A stretch of DNA of 64,000 bases, from NCBI GenBank assembly GCA_951406725.2, contig OX597821.1:59892001-59956000 (forward strand). Reading direction: 5' to 3'. The DNA comes from Octopus vulgaris. Taxonomy: Eukaryota. Positions 1 through 13,778 of this stretch are shown piece after piece. The notes beneath the pieces are model-generated. The model was not told the DNA's origin. It saw only the letters and a list, made by a program, of their open reading frames with translations, and searched no databases. Made by a program: the position numbers and the translations under genes. Every line of letters begins with the position of its first letter. Position 1 is the first letter of the stretch.

Positions 1-3000
1 GTCATATTTTAGATAGCATTTCTTTGGCTAAGACTGAACTGAACATAGTCTTAGGGATTAGAGTAAAGAACTCCAAGATCTAATGAAGTTTGTGGGTCTA
101 ATCATACAGAAACTAATGCAAAACATGGCACTTGAAATTAAGTAGAGATTACATAAATAAATAATTAATTAAAAAGTTAAATAGTCTAGTAAGGCCTCAT
201 CTCAATGTCTAGAACAAGTTAAAGTTTGACTTTTTTCCTACTGTTCTCATATTGTTTTTGTCCTGAAGTTTTTACTGTATGAAAGTATTAAAGAATTATA
301 TTTCTCCCTCTTTTTACCAACTCTACAGATAAGGAACAAGGCAATATAACTTGATTAATCAAGTAAAACACTAAATTCTCAAGATTAGCGACAATTATTA
401 ATATATTTTGAATTTTTAAGCATAATTTGTTTGTATTGGTTGTCCAACATTTTCATTAAAAACCCATAAAGTAGTTGTAAAAGAATTACTGTTTTTATAT
501 AAAAAGATAATATGGTTTTATTGTTTTAAACAAATTTACGTAACTAACACCAGATTTTGAATTTACAATTGGTATAAATTCAAAAAGATTATGATGAATT
601 TCATCTCCAACAATAAGGTTGTTAGTCAATTTGTAGAAACTAATATTTCTTAATAATTATGACAATTTTCTCCAGCAATATATTTAATGCTAAATATGGA
701 CTCATACATGAATAATTTAATTCTTAGTTAATTAAAAATAAATTTAATCAAATTCTTAAATGTATATATATATAAATTAATATCGATAATCTAATAGCAA
801 TGGGTAATATTTGTACCCATTTTTACAAATATAAAAATACCAAATTGTGACAGCCTTCCATTCTATATATTTGTAAAACAAAACATCAGATCAGGAAAAT
901 AAGACTTCTTATTTATAAATTCTTGGAGTACTCTTCAGATACTAACTACACAAAAACATGTCCATTAGCTTATATTTAAAAATTAGGCCAAAAGTTTCTG
1001 GCCTAATTTTATTGCTTTGAATATTGGATGAACTCTTTATGAGACACTTTATGAGAGATCAAATAGCTTTGCTTGAATGACTTGAAAAAAAAAAATTTTT
1101 TTTTACACAAAAACACTTCATGTTTTAGGATATGCTCTAAATAAAAATATTTAAGTAGAACAGCCCTGTTAATGAAATTTAGGCTTCTCTAATTTAATTA
1201 AATCATTTATGTTTGGGGGACGAGAGTTGATGTTAGAAGGATAGCATTTGTTAGTGTTATGGCAGGAACAGCTTATTGTGCAAGTATTGTAAGCAAGACA
1301 TTTTCATATTATATTTATTATAAATCTCACAGGTATTATAAAATACAGATTACTTGGTAAATACAAATGCAAACACAGCATATCTTCAATGACAAAATGA
1401 AAAAGCTTAAATATTTATTCATTTGCTATATGTTGACCTAAAGAGACCAGAGAAAGAGTGCATCTATATACAAGACCAATACATGAAGAGACATACACAC
1501 ACACTATGGCTTTATCAATATAAGCACTATTAAATATCCTTCATGTGAGATTGAAGAGTATTTAATTAAAAATAGCAATATTAATCTAATCTCCAAATTC
1601 AAATGTATTAAATTATTAAGGATTATGTTTCTCAAAAGCAGCAGTTCAATGTAAACACCATATTATTAAACTGCACCCATTTTGAGAACATTTCCTGTAT
1701 GGTTTTTGATCCAATAATATTAAATTGAAAAGTCGGGTCTTTGATCCAATTTTAAATTAAATAAAAGTTAAGGATTTTAAGAATTACTTTCCTCTTTCAT
1801 GTTTCAGTAAGCTTTCTAAAATATAGACACAAATCTAATGACAGCAATAAATGCCTTCTTTAATATTCTAAACTTTATGAATTATTGGACAGAAGTTACT
1901 TTGTTCTGAGAAGAAAAATCAATAAGAGTATTTATTTGACCTGAATGAAGTTAAAGGATATTGAGAAGAGGATGTAAATGGGTGATAGGAAAACCATTTG
2001 GTTTTCCTTTAGAGAGTAATTAAATTTTTTTATTTTAGACTGGAGATTAGAACATGCAGAGGTTGGAAAAAATATTAAGGTAGATTCATCACAGTTTCAA
2101 TACAATCTTTATTCCAAAATAATTTACATTTTCCAAGGATAGACAGACATGACAAGTACAAAATTTTAAAATTACAATTTACCTATTATTTAGCATCTAA
2201 TACGTATTAAAAACAAATATTTTAAACTCAAGTCACTGCTAGATTCTCAATTATTCTGACTAAAAAGAGAATTTAATATATATAGTTTTAAGTATTCTGA
2301 GTAATCAAGATTAAGAAAAAAAAAAAAAAAAAAAAAAGGGGGGGGGTACTATGAATTATATCGATAGTTATGAACAATGAATATATTTAATGTTTATATA
2401 ATTACTGAGAAACAATTAATAGTAATGATCCTATTTCTTAAATCGCAGACATTCAGAACAGAAACAAATTTAATTCTGACGATAAAAAAGAAAAAAAATT
2501 GTTTTTAAATATCAGAAGTTAGCTCCCTAACTTTTATTTTATATTAATAAATAAAAATTATTTAAAAACAAAGTGCTGACGAGGAAGGAAGGAAGGACGA
2601 TTGTTTTTAGCTGGTTTGGTAACAGATGTGGGTAAGTTAAACTAATAACTAACCGATGTTATTAAATGCTAGAAAAATATTTTCCAGTCCTTTCAATTCA
2701 AATATTCTTTCCCATGTCCTCACAATAACACACACAAAGCTGTTTAAGGACTTAAAAAGAGACAAATTATAAATAAAGCCGAGGTCTAGTTCTTGCTATC
2801 AGAGATTATTGCAGTAGCTATGTAAGGGAGATAATCCTCATCCAAGACCATTGTCAAGTCGACTGACTATGTTTATTGTTGTTGCTAACAAACCTGACCA
2901 GCAGGTAGAAGAACAAAAGGCTTACTTCATTTATTTTGCTTTTCCTATATCAGGTTTTTCATAAAAGGCTTTAATCGGATTTCTACTTTATATTTCATAA

Positions 3001-3171
3001 CGCATATTTAACCGACGTAGGATTATATATAAATATATATATTTACTATAATAATAAACATAGATTTTTCATATTTTTTATTTACTTATTGTTTTCATTT
3101 TGGTATTTTAAAATGGGGGGGGGGGGGTCATTAAGTATTTAACACTAGATTAATATTTGTAGCGAGCTTGT

Positions 3172-3210
<39 letters not shown>

Positions 3211-4956
3211 TATATTCATAAATAATTTGTGTTTATATAACACATATACGTGACAAAATAAATTTTAAAATCTAAAAAAAAAAAAAAAAGTATATGAAAC
3301 ACACCCACTATAAATAAATACTCATTAGCCTCTTGTAGATATGACAACGAATCCCATATTAAAATTCCAAAATGAATAACAAAAAGTACTCGAGAGAGTG
3401 AAGTGCGAGTGCGCGCGCCGAAAAGCTTTTTAGCTAAGGTAAAGCAAAATACGAAAAACTAATTTTAAGCGAAGCAAATTAGTTTTAAGTTAAGATTTAA
3501 CAAAGATATTACATACGACATAAATCTATTAATAAAATAGGGAATTTTATTTTATATTTAGAATTTATATCAAAGCATCTTCTATTTTCTTTTTAGTTAT
3601 TCTCGGTGGCATAAACATTAAAATCCGTGTTAATATTATTATTAATAATAGCAATAGTTTCTTTTGATCAAAAACAAGGATTAATTAATGTCTTAGAGGA
3701 AGGAGGGATGAGATTTAGAGGCGTTCATCCATGCCTTACTGAAGTAATTAACAGCATAAAACACTTCAAGTGAAGATTATTTGAAACGAAAGTTACTCTC
3801 ATAAGCACACCATTAATAATACTAACAATAATTTGGATTTATTTAAATATCAGGCAAAATTATTGACGCAGTCCGAAAGAAATTTTCGGCTCTATGTAAA
3901 ATATTCTCTCTCCAATGTAAAAATATAAAAATTGCCATTAAATAAATTTCTGTCTTGTTTGGCCAATCCATCCTCCCAGTGCTACTGATACAAAATTTTC
4001 CACTAATATTCCTCTATTTTATTGAAGTTAAAAAGGCATTTCTATGAAAATTTCCAAGAGGTTGTCATCGTTACGGTTTTGTTTCTTTTTTTATTATTTT
4101 CCTTTTGTCTTTCTTCTAATCCTTTATTTCAGAAAATGGCTTTCTTGAAATCTTATTAATAAACCACCGATCGCAAATAATTGTAACACAAAACTTAACT
4201 TTATATATACAGGGTTGTGCTTACAATAACTTTTCTTTTAATCAAAAAAATATAATTAAACTGTCAGGAAGAGGGCACTGAGAACAAAATATAATACTTA
4301 TGTATTGTAAATTAAAAATATTCGTTAGAATGATAATTATTTTTTGAAAACTGGCTGTTTACGTAATTTAGTAAAATTCTTCAGATTTATTTTTTGAAAA
4401 AATACAAATAATATCGACAATAATCAAGCAGGAAATAATAATAATAATAGAAACAAAAGCTATTTATAAATAAAAAAACAACAACAAAAAGATGGGAGGC
4501 AAGTTGGTTTAGTTGCAGAGAGTTTCTAATGTGGAAGGAAACCTCGAAAAGAAAGATCGCTTGGATAAACTAGGGGAGAATATGTAACAGATATATAAAC
4601 ACTAATAGGAAAGTATTAAACAGAGAGATCAGAAAATGTGGTCAGGAGGGAGACTAGCTAGGCTTACGATGAAAACTAAGATAAATAAAACAGGAGGATA
4701 GCCATTTTTGATCATTTGATAAGCACTGACTGAAAGAAAGAATTGTCGTGAACCAACTAAAACTAATAAATAGATAAAAACTGAGGGAACTGGATTTTAG
4801 AGCTGTGTGAGTGAAAAAAACTAGGGGGGAAAAATCTGAAAATAGTAAAGCGAACTTAATAGGGGGAGATTTTGACCAAATCATAGCGGAAATACGTTCG
4901 AAATGAGTAGCAGGAGAATGGGTGGATACTGGCCTTAATAACATAATCAATGCGCC

Positions 4957-4995
<39 letters not shown>

Positions 4996-6469
4996 CACCC
5001 AAGCTATTAATTTATATATATCATATATAATTCACTAGCTAGTGCTTTATTTTATTTATATGTGTGTGTGTGTGTATGTATGATGTGGGTTTTATAATAT
5101 ATATACACAAAACATATATGTGTGTATGCATGTGTGGTGGTAGCTGAAGTTTTTAAGTAACAAAGACAATCCACGGTGCGTGGGTTAATTTTTATATATA
5201 AGTGGATATACAATATACATATAAGACAGTTATGGCTCCAGCATTAAGCTGGCAAAGAGATATATAAGCCCTTCATCAGTGCTAGCATAGATATATATAC
5301 ATAGTAAGCTTTGTGTATAGGCTGAGGGTGAGCGCTCCAAAGCAGAGCATTGATCCACCACTATTTCACTCCATAGCGCGCTAAGAGAGCTGGAGAAACG
5401 ACGAAGCAGAAGGCAATGTAAAGGAGATTATAAAACATTGAAGAATGCGGTGGTAAAGTGCATAAAAACCATCTAAGAGGATGAATGTTGTAATTAAAGA
5501 GTGAAGAGGGATGATCCATACTTTTAGTAAAAGCAAACGAGAGAAAAATTAAGGTGACAATTTGTTGTAAGTAGCGAGTTAGTCTCTGTTTTATCTGTAT
5601 ACGAATGTGGTGAGTATATTTAACAGATTAGTGAAATAAATAAAATATATGTATATATATATACTATAATATATATATACATAAATATAATCAAACGTAG
5701 CAGTGCTTGGAACGATTATTAAGGCCTGAGGCTGACGTAAACTATCACAGTTGAGGGGACAACATATATATATATTTACACGTACACACAAGAGAAGGCA
5801 GGCTAATGCAAGGAATAGCAATGGAAAAGAAGCAATTTACAAACATGTAAATATACAACAGGACATTCATTATATAGAATACGTAGGAAAAATTCGCTCT
5901 ATCAAACCAGATTCTCAAACAAAAATCAACAAATGCCGAATCATAAAGCACATCTAGGTAAAAAAATCACATTAGATACATACAGACATAGATGTTCTAA
6001 ACAAGCCTATATTCAAAATCTCAGAGCAGTATAAACATGCACACACAAAACGGCAACATTTGAGTATAAAGCAGACTAAGTAAGCCCAGCACCTAAAATT
6101 AATTATCTAAATGTCTTTCCACCATAGCATATAAACAAATACATATTCCATTAAAAGATTAGTAAATACATAAAAAAAAAATATATATAGAGAGAGACAG
6201 AAAGAGATATAGCAAATACAGACGAAAGAAAAGACCAAAAAAGAGAGGGGGAAAAGATTTAAAAAATAATAATAGTCGAACGAAAGAAAAGAAACAGAGC
6301 AAGAGCGAGGGAGAAAATAGAAAGAGAGAACCATCATGTCCCAGTTTTTTTTTAAGGAAAAGATTAATAAATAAAATAAACGGGCACCAAGCCATGGTGG
6401 ATGTATTCGCTTGCCATCATCGACACACGACCACCACCACCTATATACAACAGTAACATTCCGTGTATG

Positions 6470-6503
<34 letters not shown>

Positions 6504-6796
6504 CCATACACTCACATAGAGATGGATAGAGAGAGAGAAAAGGGAAAAAGAAAGAGATTTAAATTTAAAAAAAAAAAGTAACAGAAAAACAACTTTAAAA
6601 GAGGCTTCAAAAAGCAGAAAAATTAGGTGAAACATATTCACCGATGGATAAGGAACATTTCTACTTCGGTCTAGAAAGAAATAGGTGCCGTATAAATCAA
6701 ATCAAATGTTTGTAGTAGTTGTTGTTGTTGTTGATATGATGTTGGTTTTTGTTGTTGTTGTTTTTTAGCTTAAATTAGTTTTTGTTGTTTGTTGGC

Positions 6797-6868
6797 TTAG
6801 TATTTTGTTGTTGGTTGACCGTAATCCTCCACCTCTAGCGAAATGCTGTTTGTATCATCCGTGTCCAT
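6797..6868 (-). CDS. Candidate short upstream ORF MDTDDTNSISLEVEDYGQPTTKY* in a putative long 5' UTR exon
   Basis: ATG at 6868, TAA at 6799-6797. Non-repetitive 23-codon ORF between trinucleotide-repeat tracts in island 1. No homologue recognised. Confidence 0.15.
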   Translation of the reverse strand: MDTDDTNSISLEVEDYGQPTTKY

Positions 6869-6934
6869 GTGTCGGAGTTGCGGTGGGAGGGAGCACCCGT
6901 GTCTTTACAAGAAGCCAGCTTTTTACTACCGCCG

Positions 6935-7095
6935 CCACCACCACTTTCTTCAACACTACTACGACTACTACTACTACAACTAGGCTTTCTCTACCAACTA
7001 TTATTATTACTACTACTACTACTGCTACTCCCGCACTACCACTACTCTCACTACTATTACTACTACCACTATTGTTAATGTTGTTGTTGTTGTTA
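6935..7095. repeat. Compound trinucleotide repeats (ACT/ACC/ATT/GTT)n
   Basis: Directly visible; explains the poly-T/V/L/N ORFs in the track. Confidence 0.9.
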
Positions 7096-7250
7096 CAAGT
7101 TACTATCGGCGATGTAACGACGATCAGATTTAGATCCCAAAGCTCAAAATCCACCGTTATTGTTCTGGTTAGTTATTAATTATTATTATTATTACTAAAT
7201 TCCTGGTCATCGAGAATGGTCCACTCCACTCTATTCTATTGTGAACTCAC

Positions 7251-7460
7251 GCAAAATACAAGCATCATCTCTATTCTAGAGTAGATCAGGGTAATTTAGC
7301 GAGGATTTTCACTTAACGAGGTCAAGCAAATATTTACAACCAGTGACTGCTGCAGCAGCAGCAGCTGTAGTAGTAGTAGTAGCTACAAGAACAGTAATAT
7401 TAGTGATGGTAGTAGTAGTAGTATTAACATTAAACAACAGCAGCAGCTGCAATGGAGGAC
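7251..7460 (-). other. Candidate alternative first exon ending at donor TGC|GTGAGT (could encode MMLVFC from 7268, phase 0)
   Basis: Plus-strand ACTCAC at 7245-7250 is a consensus GTGAGT donor on the minus strand. It lies downstream of a (CT)n tract within the CpG island. Confidence 0.2.
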
Positions 7461-7472
7461 AGAATCAATGGG

Positions 7473-7504
<32 letters not shown>

Positions 7505-8034
7505 CAATGAAAGGAAGAAAGAAAAAAAAACTACATCACAGTAAACTAACACACACACACACACGCACACAAGGTTTTTTTATTAAATAAATGTATCACA
7601 TGAGTATGTGTATACATCCAGACACACACACACACACACACATTGGTACACGAATAAACTGTCTTTTGTGACCGCGCGCGTGTTTGTGTGTGTGTGTGTA
7701 CGAACATAACTATGTCAGATGAAAGTAGAATGCAGCAACGAAATCGTTCTATATGGGCGAGAGAGAGAGAGAGAGAGAGAGGGAGGGAGGGAGTATAAAA
7801 ACACACACGCCTACACGTGATATATACGTGTATATGCACTGGTGTGTATATAAATGCGTAACCCCCTTTCCCACCGCCAAATTTATACACATTAAAATGA
7901 ATTTATGCATATGTATTCAAATTAGAATTTACATATGCAAATACGTCTTTACACAGACACACCCATATATATATATATATATAAATAATACACTCACACA
8001 TACACATTAATAGTACACCCACAGTTTATGCTTA

Positions 8035-8165
8035 TCTTTTATTATTTTACTCGTTTCAGTCCTTAGATCGTGGCCTTGCTAGAGCACTACAATCATTCCA
8101 GTATGTCGACTCGTCCCTTTAGATCAGACGGTAACTTAAACCATTTGATAAATAGATACGAGTAC
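8035..8165 (-). mobile_element. Decayed SINE-A 3' tail fragment plus SINE-B-like remnant
   Basis: TTTTACTCGTTTCAGTC...GTGGCCTTGCTAGAGCAC resembles the reverse complement of the SINE-A tail seen at 47390-47430. Confidence 0.5.
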
Positions 8166-11100
8166 CGCCGGGATCAATTTGTTAAATGTTCCAGCAAAAC
8201 CACAGTCCAATGAATGGGAAAAAGCAGAAGAATAGAAGACAAAACATCGTGTGTGTGTGTGTGTTTACTAAAACGCGCACATATGTGTAAAAGTATATAT
8301 TGAAAAAAAAAAAAAAAAAAGCTAGCTGATGACGTGGTGTCATAAGAGGGCTTATAGAAACAGGTGCCTCTCCTAGCAAGCCAGTAGTTATTTCCCATAT
8401 CTTTGTTTTGTGAAATTTTCTGAAGTTATTTTAATATCTGTTCTATAATTATGCAGATTTTAGTTGATGAAGCTCCTTATATCCCAATTTTTAAATAACT
8501 ATTTATTTGTGCTAGTGTACCTTGGATTGAATTAGCTAGAAAATGTTTATGATTAATATTTATATTCTTAATACCACATACATCTATAAAGCGATCTTTC
8601 AAAGCATAAATAAAAAAAAAACATCCCAACACAAATATCAACAAATGAAATGGACAAAATGCACATTTGAAATGGTGCTCTAGCTATATGCTCAATATCC
8701 AAATAAGACATAAATGTAGAAAAGAACCTAGTTAATAGTATCAAATCCAACAAGATTTTGGTATAAATAATATAAAATAAAAACCCACACCAGCATAGCT
8801 ATCGTCTTTAAGCCCAAACTTTAAAAGGTTAGAGTGCTCTATAGCAGCCCAATGATACACATCAACTATGTATACATGGTGCTTTAGTCAAAGCCAAAGC
8901 AAGCAATGAAGGGTTTGTGTACCAACCCCACAGCCCTGCTGTCAATACTATCAAATAAGTCTTAGTAGTAAGAAATTATCAAAATTTGTTGAAACAGATG
9001 TTAAGATAGATTCTTGAGAATACATGGTTGAGGATTGGATTTGTTATATATAATATCATGCCAACGGTTTCATATTCAGCTGGAACAAACTGTTTTTAAG
9101 TTACATTTAAAATATTGATAATATTTAGGTTGGTGTTTATTATAAATCTTTATGTCCACCACTGAAGCTTATAAATTTGCTAAATGTGTAACTGTCTTAC
9201 AAGTTTTAAAAAGACCATCATCCCTGTATATGCCTCCATTAATGGATAGAACACTGAGCAAAGTTTAAAATGCAAATACCGAGAAAAAGATTTTTCTTTC
9301 ATTGTTATTCAATAATAAATATTTATAGATGGATACTTCTACATGTTTATTATTTGCACAAGTACCTGATGAACAAGAATTCACAAAGCTATTCTTTATA
9401 ATAAAATTGAGACAAAACATACAAATTGAAATAGCAATTTTGTATTCCTGTTTTATATGTCCCTGCAAATTTTTGAAAAATGTCTACTGCAATGCAAAAA
9501 TGTATCAACTAATGCATTTTTAAACACAAGCCCTTCTGCCTGAAATAACTCCCTGCAATGTCTTGGTCCTGAAACCCTTAAAGCAGAAACATTTTTTTCT
9601 GTATTTTGTCAACAAAGAAAATTTCTTTCCATTCATGGAAGAGTGACAATGGAAATTAGGACACACGTGCACAAACCCACAAGCATTCATGCAGAAAGAG
9701 ATAGACATGTGTATTTACAAATGCACACATATCTAACAGCATACATGTTCACAAGCATACAAAAAGGATGCATGCGTACAGACACATGCATAATAGGAAA
9801 CACACAAACACACATCTAATAGCAAACGTGCACGCAGGCACAAATACATAAATATGGAAACAGAAATACACACACATGCATGCATGCGCGCATAAATAAA
9901 CACATGAAGTATACAACATTTTAGTGAGTGATTGAAATGAGAGTAAAATTTGAAAGTAAGAAAATGAAAATCCAAAATGGTAACGAAATATTCTTTGTTC
10001 ATATGCAGACTAGTGTAGGGCAATGGATGTTGTTAAAGAAGAAAGTTTGATGACAGTATAGAATGAGCGATGCTTTGTTCATGCAGTATCTGCAGGAACA
10101 TGTGCGAAGGAATAAGTTTAGTAATTGTGAACAGGTAAATATTTCGCAAATCTTTTTTCCTAGTATAAATGGATATATATTTTACTTTAGAAACATGCAA
10201 TATTGTATAAAGTATTTCTTTTCATATTATACAAAGATATACTTTCAAATTTTTTTCTCAAATTTTACTTTCAACACTTTAGCACGCTAAAATAAAATTT
10301 AACTGTGTACATATTTGCTAAAATGCCGTGCATTTGTTATGTTATAAACAAATTTCTTCAAAGCTTAGACACGACAACTAGAAAGGAAGATAGAAGTCTT
10401 TTACATCCCCTCCACTAGATTTGCTTCCAGTTGCTCTGATAGAGAGGGTCTAAAAAGTTTCCCCCCACCCCCCACCTCTTCCCCACGGAGAAGGTTGTTG
10501 TTTGAAATATTGGCCATTACTTTATATACACATATGGAGGTAAAGGGGAAACTAATAAAACCCCCGCTTCATGTATCACAGTTAGTACTTTTAAACAGAA
10601 ATTTGACATCTTTTTGATCTGTTCATTAATTTAACTTATAGAAAGAAAAAAAATCTTTTATGAGCTGGCATGCATTCAGGCAAAGTTTGCTGAGCATTAA
10701 TGAAAAGTGGAAATGGATTAATTGAAGTGTAAAAGAGATAAGTTTCTGGAAGCGAAATCCACGCAATACACTGATCAAAATGAACCCCCCTATGAAACTT
10801 CTTAGAAGATAACTCAAAAATGTTGTTTGCCATGAAGTACATGTTTGTATGCATTTGTTGTTAACCATGGCAAAACATATCAATAGATGTATATATGTAT
10901 ACAGATGGATGAATGACTGGCTCTTGGAATCCCTCTAAGTACACACTGTTAGGAATCTAGACTTCAGTATTGCAATAAGAGTGAAAAAGACCTGCATTCA
11001 CTTAATAAAAAGAACACTGCAATCAACTAGAACCATTGTTTTAACCCCTGTTTTCCAAGTACTGCCATTCTTACCATCATACCCCTACTTTTCTCATAAT

Positions 11101-11699
11101 CTACATCTTCTATGTTGCTCTATTTATATGTATCTCTCTTTCTCTAATTCCACTATTTTACAGAGAGAGGAAAGCCAGAAAGTTTGAAGAAAAAAAAAAC
11201 AAAAACAAATAGTTTGATCTCACACAAAAGTGTTACTATCATCACTGGTCTCCTCTATCCTTCTCTCATTTGCTATATCTCTATTCCAAAGTGAGAACCA
11301 AAATGCTTGACACACTACAAGTCAAACTTCTTGCCTTTCCCTAACTCCATTCTTAACTGAAAATAGAATGAGATTTGAGAGTGAATTGGCTGCTATTTCT
11401 CAAAATATATGTCACAAACCATTCCCACAAAGGTGGAAAATAATATATATGGTTATGCTGATGTATATTTATTTTGCACAGAAGTGGCAAGACCTCATTA
11501 TAACTGATATGTGGAATTCTTCAAACACAACAATAAGACTATCTGAATTTTAGTAGAGGGCCTGTGAGTTATGTATCATGCACTCTTACCTGCAAGATAG
11601 ACACAGATGCTTGACTAGCAAAAATTTTTATAAGCGAGAAAGCTGTGTGCATACCATACTCTCCACTTCTCACTCAATATGCACAGTATAGGGTCAAGT

Positions 11700-12650
11700 C
11701 AGGATAAGTGAGCTTGTATGAGAATGTAGTTACTGAATGGATTTCTGGCCCTTACAGTACTAACTTATGAGGCCATAAAGCATTATCTTTGACGTTTGCC
11801 TTGCATCATGGCTTTGATTTCAGCATGATGGTGTGATGTCATCTGAATCAGTTGTCCCCTCCACCGCTGGCTTGCTGCCACTAACTTTGAAGGTGTGGAG
11901 ATGAAGGTGTGGTTACATATTTCTTTCATGCACTGAAAACATACCACTAAGCATACACATAAATATTTAATTTAATGTACACAAGTACATCTCATTGGAA
12001 AGTCATTGACTTCTCTGATTTCATCTGCCCTTCTTTGACAGGTTGCTATGTTTCTTTGTATTGCAAAATGATTCTCCTCACCAAACAAGCTTGGTGGGTT
12101 TGCCGGTGAAGTCACCAATGCTGTAACTGAGCAACAGGTTGTACTGGATTGCATGTCACCAATAATGTTTATAAGTGACCTCACACACACACACACACAT
12201 ACAATGATTGCTTCATCTTGAAGCAGATAAGCCATCTCAATCAACCCACATACTCCAGATAATCTATGATAAGCCTAGGCACTCTGAGATAACTCTTACA
12301 CAGGAAACTCCACCAAGGCAATTTCTGTCCATGAAAACATAACATGAAGATAAATTTTCTGCTACCTTGTGTGTTGATTAGTGGCTGTGCACCTCTAATT
12401 GCCAGTTTGATTTTGGTGTACCTTCTCTAACCCTTTTTCCACAAAAGGATATCTACAAGTTAGCAGGGACTTGCAAGAAACTTATTTGCATATAAATGGA
12501 TGGCTGTTGACTCTCATGAGCTAATCCACTCTTTAAAGGATCATGATTTTTACCCTGTTGGGCATCCAGAAATTACCACTTCCCAGGTAGGATTGGTGGG
12601 GGTTGCTAAGTTTAGTCATCGGCAACCCAACCATACAATGGTTCTGTACT
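11700..12650 (-). mobile_element. Decayed RTE-like LINE remnant (5' UTR-like part plus RT C-terminal-like part)
   Basis: Minus-strand frame 11932-11783 ends ASQRWRGQLIQMTSHHHAEIKAMMQGKRQR*, loosely like the RTE ORF C-terminus (DR..WR....EEKR.RR). 12500-12650 resembles an RTE 5' UTR. GCCATAAAGC is shared with ~21156. Confidence 0.3.
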
Positions 12651-12781
12651 TGTAGCACTAAAGAGTGACCCGACATATACACACATACACAAATGTATTC
12701 ACATGCACACTTCTGAATGGCATAAGGAAGGTATGATGTCATAGCCCACTGTGTTACTGACACACACATACATACATTTAA

Positions 12782-12812
<31 letters not shown>

Positions 12813-13376
12813 GGTAAATTGAAAATAAAAGTAAAAACAAAACAATAAAAGTCAATAGGATATATGCTGTGAATGCATTAAGGTTGATGTTCAGTTTAAG
12901 ATGGTAAAAAATAATATATCATCATTGTTTAGCATGTAATATATATATATATATATAAAACCATACCTTCACAAATATAAACATGTTATACACACACATA
13001 TGTACATATTAAATATTAAATGAAAATGATTTACTACCCATAGTCACATGGTTAGCTCTGTACAACACAGTTTTTCTTAAAAGTCTGTTTTACACTGAAT
13101 GGAAGAACATGGTTTCAGAAAAGAAATTATGGTGGGATGATATTGAATGGCCAGCAAATGCTACAAGACCTATATGGAGTGAGAGAGAGTTTAGTTGTAT
13201 AAACACTGAAGAAAGCTTATGGATGAAAAGGAGTGACAGAATAAGGGAGTCACATCAGTAGGTGAAGGGGGATTAGGCAGGAACATATTTCTCTGTAAAA
13301 AGAGGGAGGAAAAGGAAATGAAAGGACAAAAATGTTATTTAAAAGGAACATGAGAAAAGAATTTTATAAAATATAT

Positions 13377-13778
13377 AGCTGTGTGGTTAAAAAAGCCTGT
13401 TCTGGAATCACATGGTTTAAGGTTCAGTCCCAAATGTACAGTACCTCGGGCAAATGTCCTCTGGGCTGCCTAATGTCCTGCGAGTGAATTTAGCAAACAG
13501 AAACTATGTGAAAGGCCATTCTATATATTTGTGTGTGTGTGTGTGTGGCACACCACTGCTTGACAACCAGTGTTGGTTTGTTTATGTTCCCATAACTTAG
13601 CAGTTTAGTTAAGAGACCAATAGAGTAAGTACCATACTTTAAAAACATGTGTGTGTGTGTGTGTGTGTATCTATATATATAAGTACTGGGATTGAAGTGT
13701 TGGACTAAATCCTTCAAGGTGGTGCTGTAGCAGAGCCACAGTCCAGTGACTGAAACATGTAAAAGATAAAAGAAAAGA
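13377..13778 (+). mobile_element. SINE-A (tRNA-derived, CORE-like), full length
   Basis: A-box TAGCTGTGTGG, B-box GGTTCAGTCCC, CORE-like ACCTCGGGCAAATGTC, central (TG)n, tail ACTGAAACATGTAAAAGATAAAAG. Many paralogues in the window. Confidence 0.85.

Larger units (their letters stand above)
2350..8350. promoter_or_regulatory. CpG-retaining, nearly TE-free island (candidate promoter/5' regulatory region 1)
   Basis: CpG is visibly frequent here (GTGCGAGTGCGCGCGCCG ~3403-3420, CCGCGCGCG ~7672-7680) but scarce in 8.4-27.9 kb. No recognisable SINE before ~8040. CRE-like TGACGTAA (~5733) and TGACGTGG (~8330), E-box CACGTG (~7814), TATAAAA (~7794). Confidence 0.45.

Noticed and set aside
979-1010. 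12-bp perfect hairpin (another of 11 bp at ~556-586)
   Set aside because: Short AT-rich stems are expected by chance; a bacterial-style terminator is irrelevant in this eukaryotic context.
781-2366. DRE-like TATCGATA at 781 and 2359
   Set aside because: AT-rich 8-mer, not clustered near a supported TSS.
6159-6395. Perfect Kozak CCACCATGG starting a hydrophobic ORF
   Set aside because: The ORF is low-complexity F/L from T-rich sequence; no support beyond the Kozak match.
6805-7179. Poly-T/V/L/N ORFs resembling membrane or mucin-like proteins
   Set aside because: Trinucleotide repeats open in several frames on both strands; no domain signal.
8326-8372. CTGATGA...GAAAC hammerhead-like spacing
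   Set aside because: Stem II does not close the core and stems I/III are absent; better read as a CRE/ATF-like site.
11586-11932. Apparent minus-strand exon with strong CAG|GTAAGA donor
   Set aside because: The best frame stops well before the donor, and the sequence looks like a LINE remnant.
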